A DNA stretch of 64,000 nt from assembly GCA_965637545.1 (NCBI GenBank), contig OZ281495.1, positions 24,924,001-24,988,000 on the forward strand. The letters run 5' to 3'. Source of the stretch: Phallusia mammillata. Lineage: Eukaryota. A model generated the notes under the pieces. The model made no database searches. It saw only the letters and a list, made by a program, of their open reading frames with translations, and had not been told where the DNA came from. The position numbers were made by a program, and so were the translations under genes. Of this stretch, positions 1-12,850 are shown in pieces (position 1 is the stretch's first letter; the number at the start of each line of letters is the position of its first letter).

Positions 1-24
1 ACCGTTTTATGTTTTGTTTTGCAG

Positions 25-1058
25 GTTGCTATGCAGTGGAGAGCAAAATCCAGGACCGTTACCAACAACCGTATTTCCAGTGGAACTGGTGGTTTGAAGT
101 GACAAGCGGTGATCGACAAGTCGATGCTGCAGCGCGTGAGGTTTACTGGAGGTAATATTTGTGTGTTGGACGCTTGGTTCGAAAAATACGGTGTTTTACT
201 GAAAAGTTTGTCGGTGTAAAGGCCGGCAAAAAGCGATCAGGTTGTGCGGACAAAGTGGAAATTAAGCCACGCTGTGTTAATATGTGTATGTTATCATTGT
301 TTGTCACTAGGAAACAAATGAACGACAATGCCGTACAAAGAGCAAACAGCAAAATGAGTGATGCCCGTCAGCAAGAAGCAAAACAAGCTAAAAGAGAGAG
401 GGAGTTTCAAAAAAAGATGGCGGAAATTCATGTGAGTAATGTAAAATAAATATTAGAATTGTCAAACTAGGTTAGTTACGTCGAATTGGAACATACATTT
501 ATATAACTTTGGTGGACTCGTATTTTTAAAATGTATTGATATGGTAGGCTACTTGACTTAACCAACTTCTATTTCAGCGCAACGACCTGCGAATACAAGA
601 AAATCATTTGAAAGGGATAAACGAAAAACCTAAAGCAGTCGAAGTGGAAAAGCCACCGGTAAGTGTAATATTTTTCACCCAAAAGTACAGCATGAAGTGT
701 AATTTTGTTTTGTTTTTGACTATTTCATTGCCATAAAAATCAAATGCTGTTTATGATTTATACCGACAGTAAATGGGCAACTTTCAGTGTTTGCAAAACA
801 TAATGTATACGTGTGTTTACATGGTTACAGAAACGAAACAACGTGAGAGAAGACATAGACGATTATGAGCGGGCACCTAAAGAGTCGTTGCCCATCGAAG
901 TTTACGACCCGATGAAAACAATTGCACCAGTAATTCAAGGAAAATATACTTCGCCAGCTCCTTTCAATGTTGGTGGTCCCGTACACAGACAGTTTCATGG
1001 CGCTCTGCCTAAGCACCTCAAAGAGAAGGCCGCAGCTAAAAATCTTCAAAAAGCGTAA
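25..1058 (+). CDS. 3' part of an unidentified spliced protein-coding gene (exons ~25-149, 311-432, 577-658, 830-1058)
   Basis: Four segments bounded by AG/GT join in one frame (CYAVESKIQDRYQQPYFQWNWWFEV...KQMNDNAVQRANSK...RNDLRIQENH...KRNNVREDIDDYER...NLQKA*). No family recognised. Confidence 0.6.
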
Positions 1059-2270
1059 AACTCGGTTGTAAATCCTGAAAGATGGATTGAAGACGTGAAA
1101 CATCAGAGCATCCAATGGCGTGGTGGCCAAGCCCTTAGCCCTTACCCCAAATTTGAAATTGCATATGCAGCGTAATATGAGACGGAGTTTTCAATCAACT
1201 GGTCCTCTCGTTTAAAAGTTTGGATTGAAAATCAACTGTAAGCGTTAATGCGCTGGATGTGTTGTGTATGTTCGAGTAAAAGATGATGGCTATTACAGGC
1301 GCCTGGCAACAATTTGGCTCCTATTTTTTCCTTATTTGCAATCGTTTTATATATTGCTTTTATTTGTTTTTCACGTTAACCTCAGTTAGGTTTTTACCGC
1401 AGTGATTGGTGAAATTATGGACAAACTGCTCATTGTTTTAAGCCATGTTGACGATATGCGGGTTTGTATAACAAATCTCAATCCTCAATCGGTCGGATTT
1501 TTATATCAACAGCAATTTAATATCAATGTGTTCTTATTCTGCAAAATGTGCCACAACAAATAGTTTGGTAACCTGTCGAAAGTGTGACAAACACAGTTTT
1601 AACGAATACTGCAAAACTCGTTTTAATTTTTTTGCTGTACTATACTTCTCTGGACAGATATTTGTAAGAGAGGCTTTGGTTGCGGCAGTGCTGTAAAGAA
1701 GAGGTTTTGGGAACAGTAGTTACACCCAGTGTTTTGGGGACCGTTTCTCCAGCGGTTTCCCAAAATCTGCCAGTAGCCTAATAAATAATTCGTTTAAGCA
1801 AATATGGCTATTTTTTGGTATTTAAATGAAAACTTGCGGTCTCTTAAAACTACTTAGCGGTCACCCAAACCAAACCTTAAAAAAACCCTGGTTACACCCA
1901 TGGATTGTAATTCAAATCTGTAAAATGTCCACATTTATGCAACAACACTTTCCATTTGACATCATCACGTCAAGTCTTAAAGGCCTAAATTCAAAATCAA
2001 CAATCACGTTGTTTTATTACTCGCATTCAACAGTAATATACACAAGCAGTATCGAATAATCATTTTAGGAGCAGAGCTTGATATTGTTGCTGAGTTGAGT
2101 TTATGTCATTATGATGAGAGGGCATACTAAGTACACGTGCAACAACTGACACTTTAAACGGGGAAGATTGGCAAAATGTTTTTTTGTGCTTGTCAGTTCG
2201 CGCTGAGATTGCATGGGTGTGCCCAGGAAAATTTCTGCAGGGTTTAAAACGGCTTTCATTGCTCGGATCG

Positions 2271-4074
2271 TCACGCGTCAGGCGTGTCCTCTTGCTTCGT
2301 TGTACTCTCTTCTAATTCCGGGATGTCTGTAATATTTCAGTTTTAGATATGTTGGAAACGCAAATAAATACGGGACAGAATATGTGCGTCAGGAGGGTTT
2401 AGTAACGTAACTGCCAGAGAACTTGTACATATACAATAGAACACGTCTTGCAGACGTTTCAACAATCGCTGTTGTCATTATTAGTGCAGGTTGTCAACTG
2501 TGCTTGAATAAGTTTTACATAAGCAATAAGGGGAAAAACATGCTTGATATGGAGGGTGATGTCAGAGAAAGCACACGGAACTGGCAATTATACATGTGGT
2601 GGTAACGAATGGGTTAGGTGTTGAACAGATATAAAGACATTATGTTTTCATTTAAATTCCTTAGTTCTTAAGTTTTAGTTATTGTTTGGCACCTTAACAG
2701 CAATTTAAAAAAATGTAAAGCAGATTAAGATCAATGTTACGATTGAACATGGCAGTTCCTAAAGTTCATAATAAGTCAAATGACTACACTTTATAGTTGC
2801 ACTTATGTGTAGGTTGTACGTTTGGGCCAAAAGTTGCCATTTGCGAAACCACTTTGTATCGTTTGTGCCTCAAATAATAAAGTGAAGCCTTCCTGCTTAA
2901 TAATCCAGGACACCACTACTTTATCAACATACCATCATCATCACTGTCCTCCTCTTCTTCTTCCTCATCCATACCATCCATGTTCATCATCCCACCACCA
3001 GGCATTCCTTGACCCATTTGAGCCATCATCTAAAGGTCAAATACAGTTTTAAACACAGTTCTTATCCAATACACATCAAAAAGCAAGAAGATTCAATTTA
3101 AAACTTTTTTGGGGAGAAAAACCAGGTTGAAATGTTTCAGAAGAGCAAGGCCATTCCAAATGCATATTTTTTTCGATTTTGCCCAAACCTAAAGAGCTAG
3201 ACTTCATTAATAAACATCTCTGTTTTAAGTTTGTAGATTAGGATTGCTTACAATATATAACTGTTGTTACAAGATCAAACATGCTTGCAAACCTGTGACA
3301 AATCTGGCTCTCCTCCCCCTTTTTCTTCCTCACTTTCCGAGTCATCTTCATCTTTCCATCTTTGGAAATCAATTTTCAACCAGTGGTTCTTTAAAGTGAA
3401 CAAAGGGTTTTTAAAAAAGTAAGCTCATTTGCATTAATTGCAATAGAGATTTTGGAATTTACCTTGGCAGAATCCTTTAATAATCGCTTCCAAAATCCTG
3501 CAGTTTTTTTCTGAATATTACATTCCACTCCAAATCCCTTTTTTGACCACACACATCCCTAAAATAACCACATTATGGACGTGTTACATAGGGCAACATG
3601 TATGATAAAAACAGTTCACAAGTTTTAAATTTGTCTCTTTTTCGTTAAACATACCTCAGGTTTAATTTCACTAAATAAGGTCAAAATATTGCTGAATGCA
3701 ACAGATGCCCTGTCTCGTCCAGAAAATTCAACACAGTCTGGTTTAAAAGCAACTTCCACATTTTTGCAATCCTGCACATTGAAGGTGAGGAACAGGCTGT
3801 CATTTGATTGTGCCCACAGAGTTGGTGCTGGTCGTGTTCTAAAATACACGGTTTGGTTAATCATAGAACAACACAAAGTCTAAAAATGGTGCAATAACTT
3901 GCTCTTGTATTGACATTTATTGAAATCTTATTGCCATGATTTGATTTACAGTGAACATTAGCAATGGAAGAATTTTTGATGAAATAAATTACAGAACTTT
4001 TATAATATCTATATTTATTCCTGGCGACGATTGATCCTGCCAATAAAGCAAGTTACCAACTCACACTTTTGCAT
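2271..4074 (-). CDS. PTGES3: p23 / prostaglandin E synthase 3 (Hsp90 co-chaperone, CS domain)
   Basis: RPAPTLWAQSNDSLFLTFNVQDCKN exon (~3653-3840); later exons give the WLKIDFQRWKDEDDSE motif and an acidic tail; last exon 2271-2326 reads DIPELEE...DA*. The ATG at 4074 is tentative. Confidence 0.85.
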
Positions 4075-4796
4075 CTCCGTGGCCGTTCGTGTCTTGCGTC
4101 ATGCTTTTAAAAAAGGTAAAATAAAATAGCCTAAATTTCAACCTCACGGGTCTGTGCCACAGATATCTGTACAAATATAATAATTTAACACCACTTCATA
4201 TTTTTATTCGAAAAACATGAACTTCTCAACGTGAAATAATAAGCCACTCTTCCTCAAACATGAAATTTGTCAAAACCAAAAACGTTTTTCTTTGACAACA
4301 TGCGGCAAGCATCTGTCCCATGAGAACAAAGTAACTACAAGAAAAAGTGCGAATTCTTTTTGTTTATTTTTTTTCAATAAAAAAACTTCCAGCAAAAATA
4401 TCTAACAAATATTTGGTAGTTGTTATACATAAAAAAGAAGATGCTTTTGGTTTTATGATTAAGAGAAAAATAGGTTTATCTTGACCAAAAATGTAAAAGT
4501 CGAATGAGCTGAGCATAAACTTTCCTGCGTTTTTCTGCTTGTAGTTTTGAGTTTTGTCTTTCGAATTCGAGATGATTCTTTTATAGCAGATTTTTTTAGA
4601 TATCAGAGAGTTTGCCAAAAAGCAACAGATAAATTTATTTTTGACTGTGTTAAAACATTGAACTTCGTTTTAATGTACCAGTGTAAACGTAAAATATAAA
4701 CTTAATTTGTCTTTTCTTTCAAATGCATATTAGCAAGTTAATTTATGTCACTATTATTTGACAAATGTGTATTTTTCAGTTTTTTTGGCAACTAAA

Positions 4797-5336
4797 ATGC
4801 AGGTCTCTCCATCTGGACAGCAAAAAATTGGCAAACGAAAGGAAAAATGGACTTTAGATCTATCCATGCGACGTGGAGAACAAAGAAATGATTTGCCTTC
4901 GCCACCAGGTTATCTAACAGAGAAACTACCAGCAGCAGAAGTGGCAGCTGCAAATGAAGGCAGTCATTTAGATCTTGTTGACAAACGATCCTGGGATATT
5001 GCCCTTGCACCAATCAAAGGCCTGCCAATGAACATATTTATCATGTACATGGCTGGCAACACCATATCCATTTTCCCCATCATGATGGTGGGCATGATGT
5101 TCTTTAGGCCCATACAAGCACTAATGGGTATTCGTGCCACCACAAGAATGCTTGAAAGATCAAAACAGTACATTCTTCAAACCCTTGTATATTTTCTTGG
5201 AAACTGCCTTGCTCTCGGTCTTGCTGTATATAAATGTAACAGCATGGGACTTCTGCCAACATATACTTCTGACTGGCTTGCTTTTGCAGACCCTGTTCAG
5301 TCAATGGAACATGTTGGTGGTGGTTTTACCTTATAA
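4797..5336 (+). CDS. EMC4: ER membrane protein complex subunit 4 (single coding exon)
   Basis: KWTLDL...LPSPPGY...KRSWDIALAPIKGLPMNIFIMYMAGNTISIFPIMMVGMMFFRPIQAL is the EMC4/TMEM85 signature. Splice acceptor TTTTTCAG at 4779 lies just upstream of ATG 4797. Confidence 0.93.
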   Translation: MQVSPSGQQKIGKRKEKWTLDLSMRRGEQRNDLPSPPGYLTEKLPAAEVAAANEGSHLDLVDKRSWDIALAPIKGLPMNIFIMYMAGNTISIFPIMMVGMMFFRPIQALMGIRATTRMLERSKQYILQTLVYFLGNCLALGLAVYKCNSMGLLPTYTSDWLAFADPVQSMEHVGGGFTL

Positions 5337-6423
5337 AAAGTGTTTGTGTTTGCATTCTAAAAGTTATTGTTAATTTTTTAACTATTGTGCAATGCACATA
5401 ATTTATGTATTGTTACTTGCCTTGCATCTAACATATTTTCAGTGAAAAGAGTAAATCTTATCAAGAGCAGTATGTAAAAACTCCTATTAAAACAATAAAA
5501 ATCTGACAAACAATATTCCTCAATCTATCATTTTCACTAAACTGTTTGTTTAACCCATTGGTCTATGAAAAACATACTAGCATTGTTGTGTTTTAATAGT
5601 CCTATATGCTGTGTTAAACAGTACCTGTTTTTGACATGACATGGTCCAAATTCTTCTAATCCATTGCAATTTACATGTGTGGGGTATTAATAACGATAAG
5701 CTCAAGTCTGCCACTAACATGTCTTTATTTCAGTCTGCCACTGACATGATATGTAAGTGTATGCAGAGAATTGGGAAACATATGTTCTAATCTGCCACAG
5801 TAAAGACCTTCAATCTGTCATATTAAGGTCATTGCTTGGAATTTGGTAATCTTACTAAAATTTTGTTTAAAGCATGTTGTCTGTGTTTGTAACATCTGTA
5901 TATGTTTGTAACATTTATATATGTAAGCGCAGAAAGAGAATATTGTGAATCCACCATCTAAATGCATATATTATGTTTTTTGAAATCTGAACATATAAGC
6001 AGCTAAACATAAATGGAGCAAAGCCGAGCAACCAGTTTGTTTTTCAGTCATTAAATATTGCATGGTATTGAAAAAAAAACAATCCGAAGAGATTTTACAA
6101 CGATCATTACACAAACACCAAATGTATTAACTGCTTGTAAACCTGGTACACAAATGTACATGTTTGACTCCACTAAACTGTAGTGCTTTGTTAAAAACTA
6201 CACTAAACTGTAGTGCTTTTTTTAACAAATTTTAAAAGATTGATCAAACTGCAATCCCGAACTATTTAAACAAAACATTTTACGATTAAGTGTTCTGTTT
6301 GACTAGTTTGCGGATCCGACGTCTATAATAGCAGAGGATCGCTTGAACAGAACTTATTGCATTAGGCCGGCAGTGTCACACTCTTCTTTACATTGAATGA
6401 GTCCACTGTTCGTGCACAAGGAG

Positions 6424-9400
6424 TTATTTTTCAGATGTGTTTGCCTCGTTGCTTTTACCTTCATTGGCAATTTGAAGCATTTCATCGCAACTGACAACCT
6501 TCTCCCGGACTTTACCAAGTTTTTGACCACGTTTAATTTCAAAACTATCTATCGTTTTCCAATCTTTCCAAGAAGTAATTTGTAATCCTAATTCAAAAAA
6601 AAAATCGTTAAGAAATAATATACCTCCAGTGAAAGAAAAGCTTTGATTTACCTCTTTGTAAAATCTTGGGTACGATGTCATTACTTCCGTTGCAATTCTT
6701 GTCGCTTGCAAGTTGGTCTAAATTGCTTAACACCGAAGCACCAGTGACAAGGCTATCATTTGAACTATCGGCCAGTACCCCCTTGGCTCCGTGGCTACAC
6801 CATCCACACGTGAAGAGGTCTTGTAAACAAAAGGTGGTTGCAAGCAAAACAACTGATATAGCTCGGTTCCATTCAGGCCGCACCAATGTTTTTCAGTTGT
6901 GTAAGATACGTTGGACAAGAAATCAGGAGTTACAATGGTAAAATAGTTTGCTTTTCGAGAGAGTGGTAAGTTGCAGTAAAAGACAGTTTTTGGCAATGTG
7001 CTCAAATATTTTCTAGCAGATTAGTATTTGAATATTTCGACGTTTTTTTAAGTCTCAACCGCGTCTGTTAAACCGCATGCGGATCATAACTAACCATTGC
7101 CTCTTTAATTTAGCTCAATGTTTTGAATTTGGCTAAAGAGGAAAAAGTGATAAGGTCTATTGCCGTTAGTGATGGGACGAGTACCCGGTACTCGGTATCG
7201 AATGATTTCAGTGGTATCATTACTCGTACTCGGTATCGAAATATTTTGCCTCAATTTTCGATACCGAAGGTCGGTTTACACCATAAGAATACGGGCAACA
7301 TTTGCTTCGGACAGCACGAAATCGGGAAAAAGTTCTGCCAGGTTACGTATATTTTTTTCGTTATTGTGTGGAAATCACATTATACTACATGCTTCTGCAT
7401 GTCGGTGTGCGGGCATGTACCTCGGCCATGGCAGATAAATTAGCTAGTAGATAAATTATACAACTAAGTACAACACTATATTTAAGTACTCGGTAATCGG
7501 TATCGAAGGTATACACGTGGTACTCGTACTCGGTATTGGTACTCGCTTCAAAATCTGGTATCGTCCCATCACTAATTGCCGTTTTTAGATAACCAAGTTG
7601 TTCGACAAGAGACCACTTTTAATCAATAAATTATGTTCCCTTGTACATTCGGTCACCTTTTCGATCATCAACTTTGCCATTCTTGTTCATAATTTTTCCA
7701 TCAACGAAGGGAATGTCATCCGATATTACTGCATTTTGGTAACCTATGCATGATACAACAATATCACAGGGCAGATTTTCAACAACATTTGTATCAGTGA
7801 AGGTTGGATTGAAGGCGTCTTCCCCCTGACAAATTTTGAACGACTAATTGTTTTGAAACAGGACGAAGGATACAAGTTTGATATCACAACAGTAACAAAA
7901 CGTACCTGCATTTCTCGTTTTATCAGTTTCACGTTGGCAATTAAATCGTCGTTTTTCGATTCTAATGCGACAGGTGATCGCAATAATTTTAGGTAAAGTT
8001 TTTTTGTGTCTTCAGAAGTATCATCTTTGACCTGTTTCGAGACTTTTTGCAAATATGCCACCAACCTCCTCTGCTTTCGTCGTGCCAAATCTATAACGTT
8101 TAAATAGATAAATAAAACGTTTTTGAAAAGTAAAAAAGATTTACATTTGTTGTCCCAAAAAAATCGCAACATCTCAGTGAAAAGGGCCGCCGCTAATTTT
8201 AAAATATGAATACAAGAAAACTTAGTTGCCAAATAGCGCGTGTGCCCAAAAGAAATAGTTTGGAAATTTTTTCAACATTATCTCAACGAATATATAAGTT
8301 TACATTTCCCTCGTTTAGTTGCGAAACGTCCATTAGCTGCTAATGTTTTAGCTGCTCTTGCTAATGATTAGCAATCACCCTGTCACGAACCTTTGCTCTT
8401 TAGTGCTGTTTCCACGGACTTCGAAAAACAATTTTCTTCAACAAATGTGTTGACACATTCCAATCCAGCGACTTCCGAAAGTTCCTATTGAACACAATTA
8501 CGACAAATATTTCAGTTGTTTCCAAGAAAACCAAATTGTATTCACATGCTCACTTTTCGAGTGCAAGCCATTTGCATGGGACCTCGCCTTCCCACAAGGT
8601 AAACGCTCTTTATATTTGATTTCTGTAAGGTTTTCAGTGCGCTGCTGGTAATGTCAGTTTCCTAAAATTCATAAAAGTAAGTGCATGCTAACTTGTACTT
8701 TACCAAACGGACAAACCTGAAGCTGTTCTGTTGGTTTTAAAAGCATTCTTGCACAATCCAGTGCCACATTTCCCACCCCTATTATCGCTGCTGATTTTCC
8801 AGATAAGTTAACATCAAGCTATGATAAAGAATGAGAAAATAATGAAATAATGAAAAAAAAATTCTTTTTAAGAGACCCACATTCTGGAATTCAGGGTTTC
8901 CATTATACCATCCAACAAACTGCTTGGAGGAAAAGACATTTTTCAGATTCTGCAGACATAAAAAACTTTGGGGTAGATTTCTACCATTAGGGACAAATAC
9001 AATAAACTAACCTTGCCAGAAATATTAAATGTAGCTTCCTCCTGAGCACCATAACACTAAAACAGTTAATAGATAGAAGGATTACTATAACAATATGTCA
9101 GTAGATAGAAATTCACTTGCTGATCAATACAATATTTTCAATTTCTCACCAAAACTACAGCATGATAGGCTGAGAGAAGTTCTGGAAGTGAAACATCTTG
9201 TCCGATATCAACATTTCCAAAAAAACTAAATCGCTCGGATGTTGCTGTTTGACTGTAACCATTTATGGCATTCTAAGCAAAGCATAGTTTTACAATGATG
9301 GCCAAGTTACAACGCATTCTGAAAAACCTACTTTTACATCTTGATGATCAGGAGAGACTCCATACCGTATTAACCCAAATGGAACGGGAATTTTTTCAAA

Positions 9401-9917
9401 CATATCAACTTGAACTTGCTCATGATTCTGGAAACGATTAAAAAGATATATACTGACAAATATGGTTAATTGCATAACCAATTTTTCAACCTTTTTTATG
9501 CAATTAACCAGATAATTTACTTAATAAATGACTATGGTTGGGTTTATGATCCAAATACACTAAAACAGAATAGAAATTTATCCAGATTTGACATTATTAC
9601 TGTTATTGCAGTAAGAATGTGATTGTTAATGAACATTTTCAAGTCCAATACCTTTAACAAAGTTTGTGCCACCCCAAAACCAGCTGGTCCACTTCCAACA
9701 ATACACACATGAGGTTGTGTGTTTCCAAGAGTCGAAAAACCAAAACTTGCAACTAAAAATATTTTTTCAAATTTATTCATAATAGAATTACATTGCTCTT
9801 TTTCTTTGGTGCATATCCTTGGTCTCCCTAAAGCAAAAATTAAAAAAATAACTTACCACAGTAAAGTTTGGAAACACTACATTTTGTGGTAATCTGTTTC
9901 AAAACATTTGTAAGCAT
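6424..9917 (-). CDS. FDXR: NADPH:adrenodoxin oxidoreductase, mitochondrial (multi-exon)
   Basis: [14 protein letters not shown] motif; [23 protein letters not shown]; LKLLRSPV; [16 protein letters not shown]; C-terminal [27 protein letters not shown]. Exon 1 (9857-9917, [20 protein letters not shown]) resembles a transit peptide and joins exon 2 in phase 1. Confidence 0.93.
7167..7574. mobile_element. hAT-type MITE in an FDXR intron
   Basis: TIR TAGTGATGGGACGA / TCGTCCCATCACTA; perfect 8-bp TSD ATTGCCGT (7159-7166, 7575-7582); clustered subterminal TACTCGGTA(T/C) motifs at both ends. Confidence 0.9.
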
Positions 9918-10143
9918 TTTAAGCAACAGTCCTTATTAACCTGCAAAACAAAATCAACTACAGATAAAATTTGAGATGAAAAATTTAATAGCTAGAGCAC
10001 ATTTGCATGTAATTTCACAGTCAATGGTATAATCACAGTAATTTAAACTCATAGAAACACAAATTATTTGGTCTACAGTGAAGAAAATATACAGTGATAA
10101 CACAAGTAAAATAATTGGAAATCTGCCAGTTTGAAAGTTTGTT

Positions 10144-12552
10144 CTACTTCCTCCTTGGGGGTCTTTTTCTTGCAATTTTATCATCTATGCCCTGTAAATA
10201 AGGTGTTTTAAGATAACAAAACTTAAAACAAAAACTATTCAGTAAAGTACCATAATTGACCCATCTGGTGCTGCTAATGCCAAAGCACGAATCTTGCTGA
10301 CTGAAAGTCCATTTAACTCCTCTGCAGACAGTGTGTCAATGTAGCTAAACATTGAAGCCATGATATTTTGTTTACTTACATGTTGTGCCATTCATCATAT
10401 TAGGTAATCCTAGTTTATTAAGGCAATCCTAAACTTGATACTGTCACAAGTTTATTAAACTAGTTTAAATATTAGATTGGATGTTGCAAAAACTAAAGAA
10501 TCTACAAAGTATTATGTGGATCCTCCAAATTGCACATGTTTACAGGTTCTACTTATATTATGAAAATGATACTACTAAAACTGGATTGACAGTTATCCAA
10601 TTGGGCAAATAAATATTGTGAGTAAGGAAAGTTAGAATGCACTAGTAAAAGAAGACCCAGTTATGATGACTACAAAAATATTTTAACATTCTTTAACACA
10701 ATGTTCATGTGGTTGCTTGGTTACCTGCACCATGCCTCTGTGTCAACTTCTGTTTGCTCTCTGAATTCATCCATATCCACAAGCATGTTACTGTAAGAAA
10801 AAAATAATGATTTGCATTTATTTTGGTCATGTAGTCAATCCAAAGATTTTTTTTAGATAAATGTAAATGACCCCAGTTGTCAGATCATCGATGTAAATTG
10901 TTGAAAGCATTTGCTGCCTTAAAGGAAATCCACAAGGGCAAATAAACTGGGGATTGGTAGATATTTTGTTAAGTAGAATTTTAAAATAATTTTAACTTTG
11001 CATTCAAACAAGACCTTTAATAGGTTGGTTACAATAAACATGTTAAAAATAGTATTGTGATTACTTACAGAAGTTTTTTGTGCATGTATCTAAGATTGCT
11101 GTTGTGCTTTTTTTCCTGTGCTTTCAGGTTATGCCACATTGCTTCGCGCACAGCCTGTTTCAGAGTAGACTTAAGGGGTTCATCTGCAGGTGGAGGTTTA
11201 CTCATTGGTAAAGTAGAAAACTAAACAAAAAAAACATATACAATTAACCTTATAATCTTATTGTATAATCGCTCTATTCAAAGCTATCAATATTTTCTTT
11301 GTTTTTTTCTGTTTATTGCATGCTTGTCAGATGGACATTTCATGTATTACATGCAAAATCCAACACTGTAGCCAATTTTTCGTTAAAAATATTGTGGTCA
11401 ATCATATGTTGGACATGTTATTAACAATATGCCTCTGTTAATACTCAACAAAAAGACATATTTACTTGATCTTTCAAAGAGCCAATGTTCACACCGTCAA
11501 GTAATGTTACAGTTGTGTATTCAACCACTTCAGCTTGCAGCTTGATATTGTCGCTACATACTGGATTTCCATCCACATTGAGCTGCTGCATCTGTGGCAA
11601 ATGCTTGAATACTTCCACAAGATCATGAATCAGGGGAATTTCATTTCTTGACAAATCCACTTGCTGTAAGCTGACACATGCACTCAGACTGACAACATTT
11701 TCCTTTAGAAAACATGATGTTACCAGTATTTAATAGCCTGCATTTAATGATAAACTACTGCTGTTTTGTAGGAATGGTTGAATACACTTAAAACATTTTT
11801 TAATTTCCAAAAAATACATTTTACCAGTTGGTTGTCATTTGAAAAGAGCTTTTTGAGGGATCGTAAAGCTTGCAGTCCATCTAACGATTTCAAAATGTTA
11901 TGAGAAACATTTAATCTTTCCAGTTTAGTGAGATTGGGAAACTTTGATAAGTCACTGATTTGGTTTGATCCTAAATCCTTAAAATAGTACAAATTTGATT
12001 GAAACACAGTTTTAAATTTGTAGTACAAAAACTACTTACCAAATTGTAAAGATATTTGCACTGTGCTAAAGAATCCAAAGGTAAACTGGCGATGTTATTA
12101 TAAGCAAGGCATAAACTTGTTAACTGGGGACATGACAAGATCCCAGAAAATTGAGCTATGTTGTTAAGAGAAGCATCCAAACTTCTAAGCTCAGCAAATG
12201 CTTCTAAATCTCCCACCATAAGCGATTCAAGGTTGTTTAAAGAAATGTCCAGTTTTAGAACCGTTGAAGGATTTTTAAACCACTGCTCTGTAACATCAGC
12301 CTCAGCAGCTTGATTTATGCTTGGTTTAGCTGGTTGTGCCTCATTTTCATCAGCAGTGATGTTCCTGGATTGTGACACATCAAAGAGATAACTGCATTGG
12401 ACTTTCAAATTTAACAACTCTGCAACCCTTAGGTCAAGTTCACAGTATTTTTGTTCCAATGCATGGGGTACATGCCATATGATTGGAACTGATACAATCT
12501 CCTTCATTCGTGAAGCTACAAAGTTTTTTGCCAGTCTTTTTTGTTTGGACAT
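10144..12552 (-). CDS. Leucine-rich-repeat protein (SDS22-like LRRs) with an unrecognised C-terminus; orthology unknown
   Basis: LxxLxLxxNxI repeats in ORFs 11971-12552, 11744-12028 and 11445-11660 (LDLGSNQISDL, LNVSHNILKSL, VDGNPVC cap). Further exons at ~11070-11220, 10725-10793 and 10250-10345 end ...RKRPPRRK* at 10144. Assignment of the distal exons to this gene is tentative. Confidence 0.75.
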
Positions 12553-12838
12553 TTTGTATTTAACTTTACAGTTTGAGTAGTTTTTTACATAACAGAGTTT
12601 AACCAGCTGTCATTACCATGTTTACACACTAAATTGAAACATAGGAACAAGGTTCATCACAACGAATCATAACATTTACAGAAGTGAACACCAATTATAT
12701 TTACAAATTACGTTACTATAAGTATAAACTATTTTTCGTCCATATGATTATATGAAGTTGAAAAGTTTAAGTTTTTGTCACAAAAAGTTTTGAATTTCCA
12801 GGTGATTTCCTGAATGGTGGATTCCCTACTTAAAATGC

Positions 12839-12850
12839 CGCGCATGCGCA
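12839..12850. promoter_or_regulatory. NRF1-like palindrome in the divergent LRR/FDXR - COX10 intergenic region
   Basis: CGCGCATGCGCA matches YGCGCAYGCGCR in otherwise AT-rich DNA. Motif match only. Confidence 0.45.

Noticed and set aside
6168-6220. Short direct repeats (ACTA/CCACTAAACTGTAGTGCTTT x2; also GGAATTACTAACCATTTGTCTG x2 near 55960-56010 and ~55 bp x2 near 62012-62205)
   Set aside because: Ordinary local slippage or duplication, with no further structure.
9828-9856. Possible 29-nt intron, or FDXR start at 9780
   Set aside because: Too short for an intron. The donor at 9856 joins in phase to the acceptor at ~9754, giving a transit-peptide-like N-terminus from ATG 9917.
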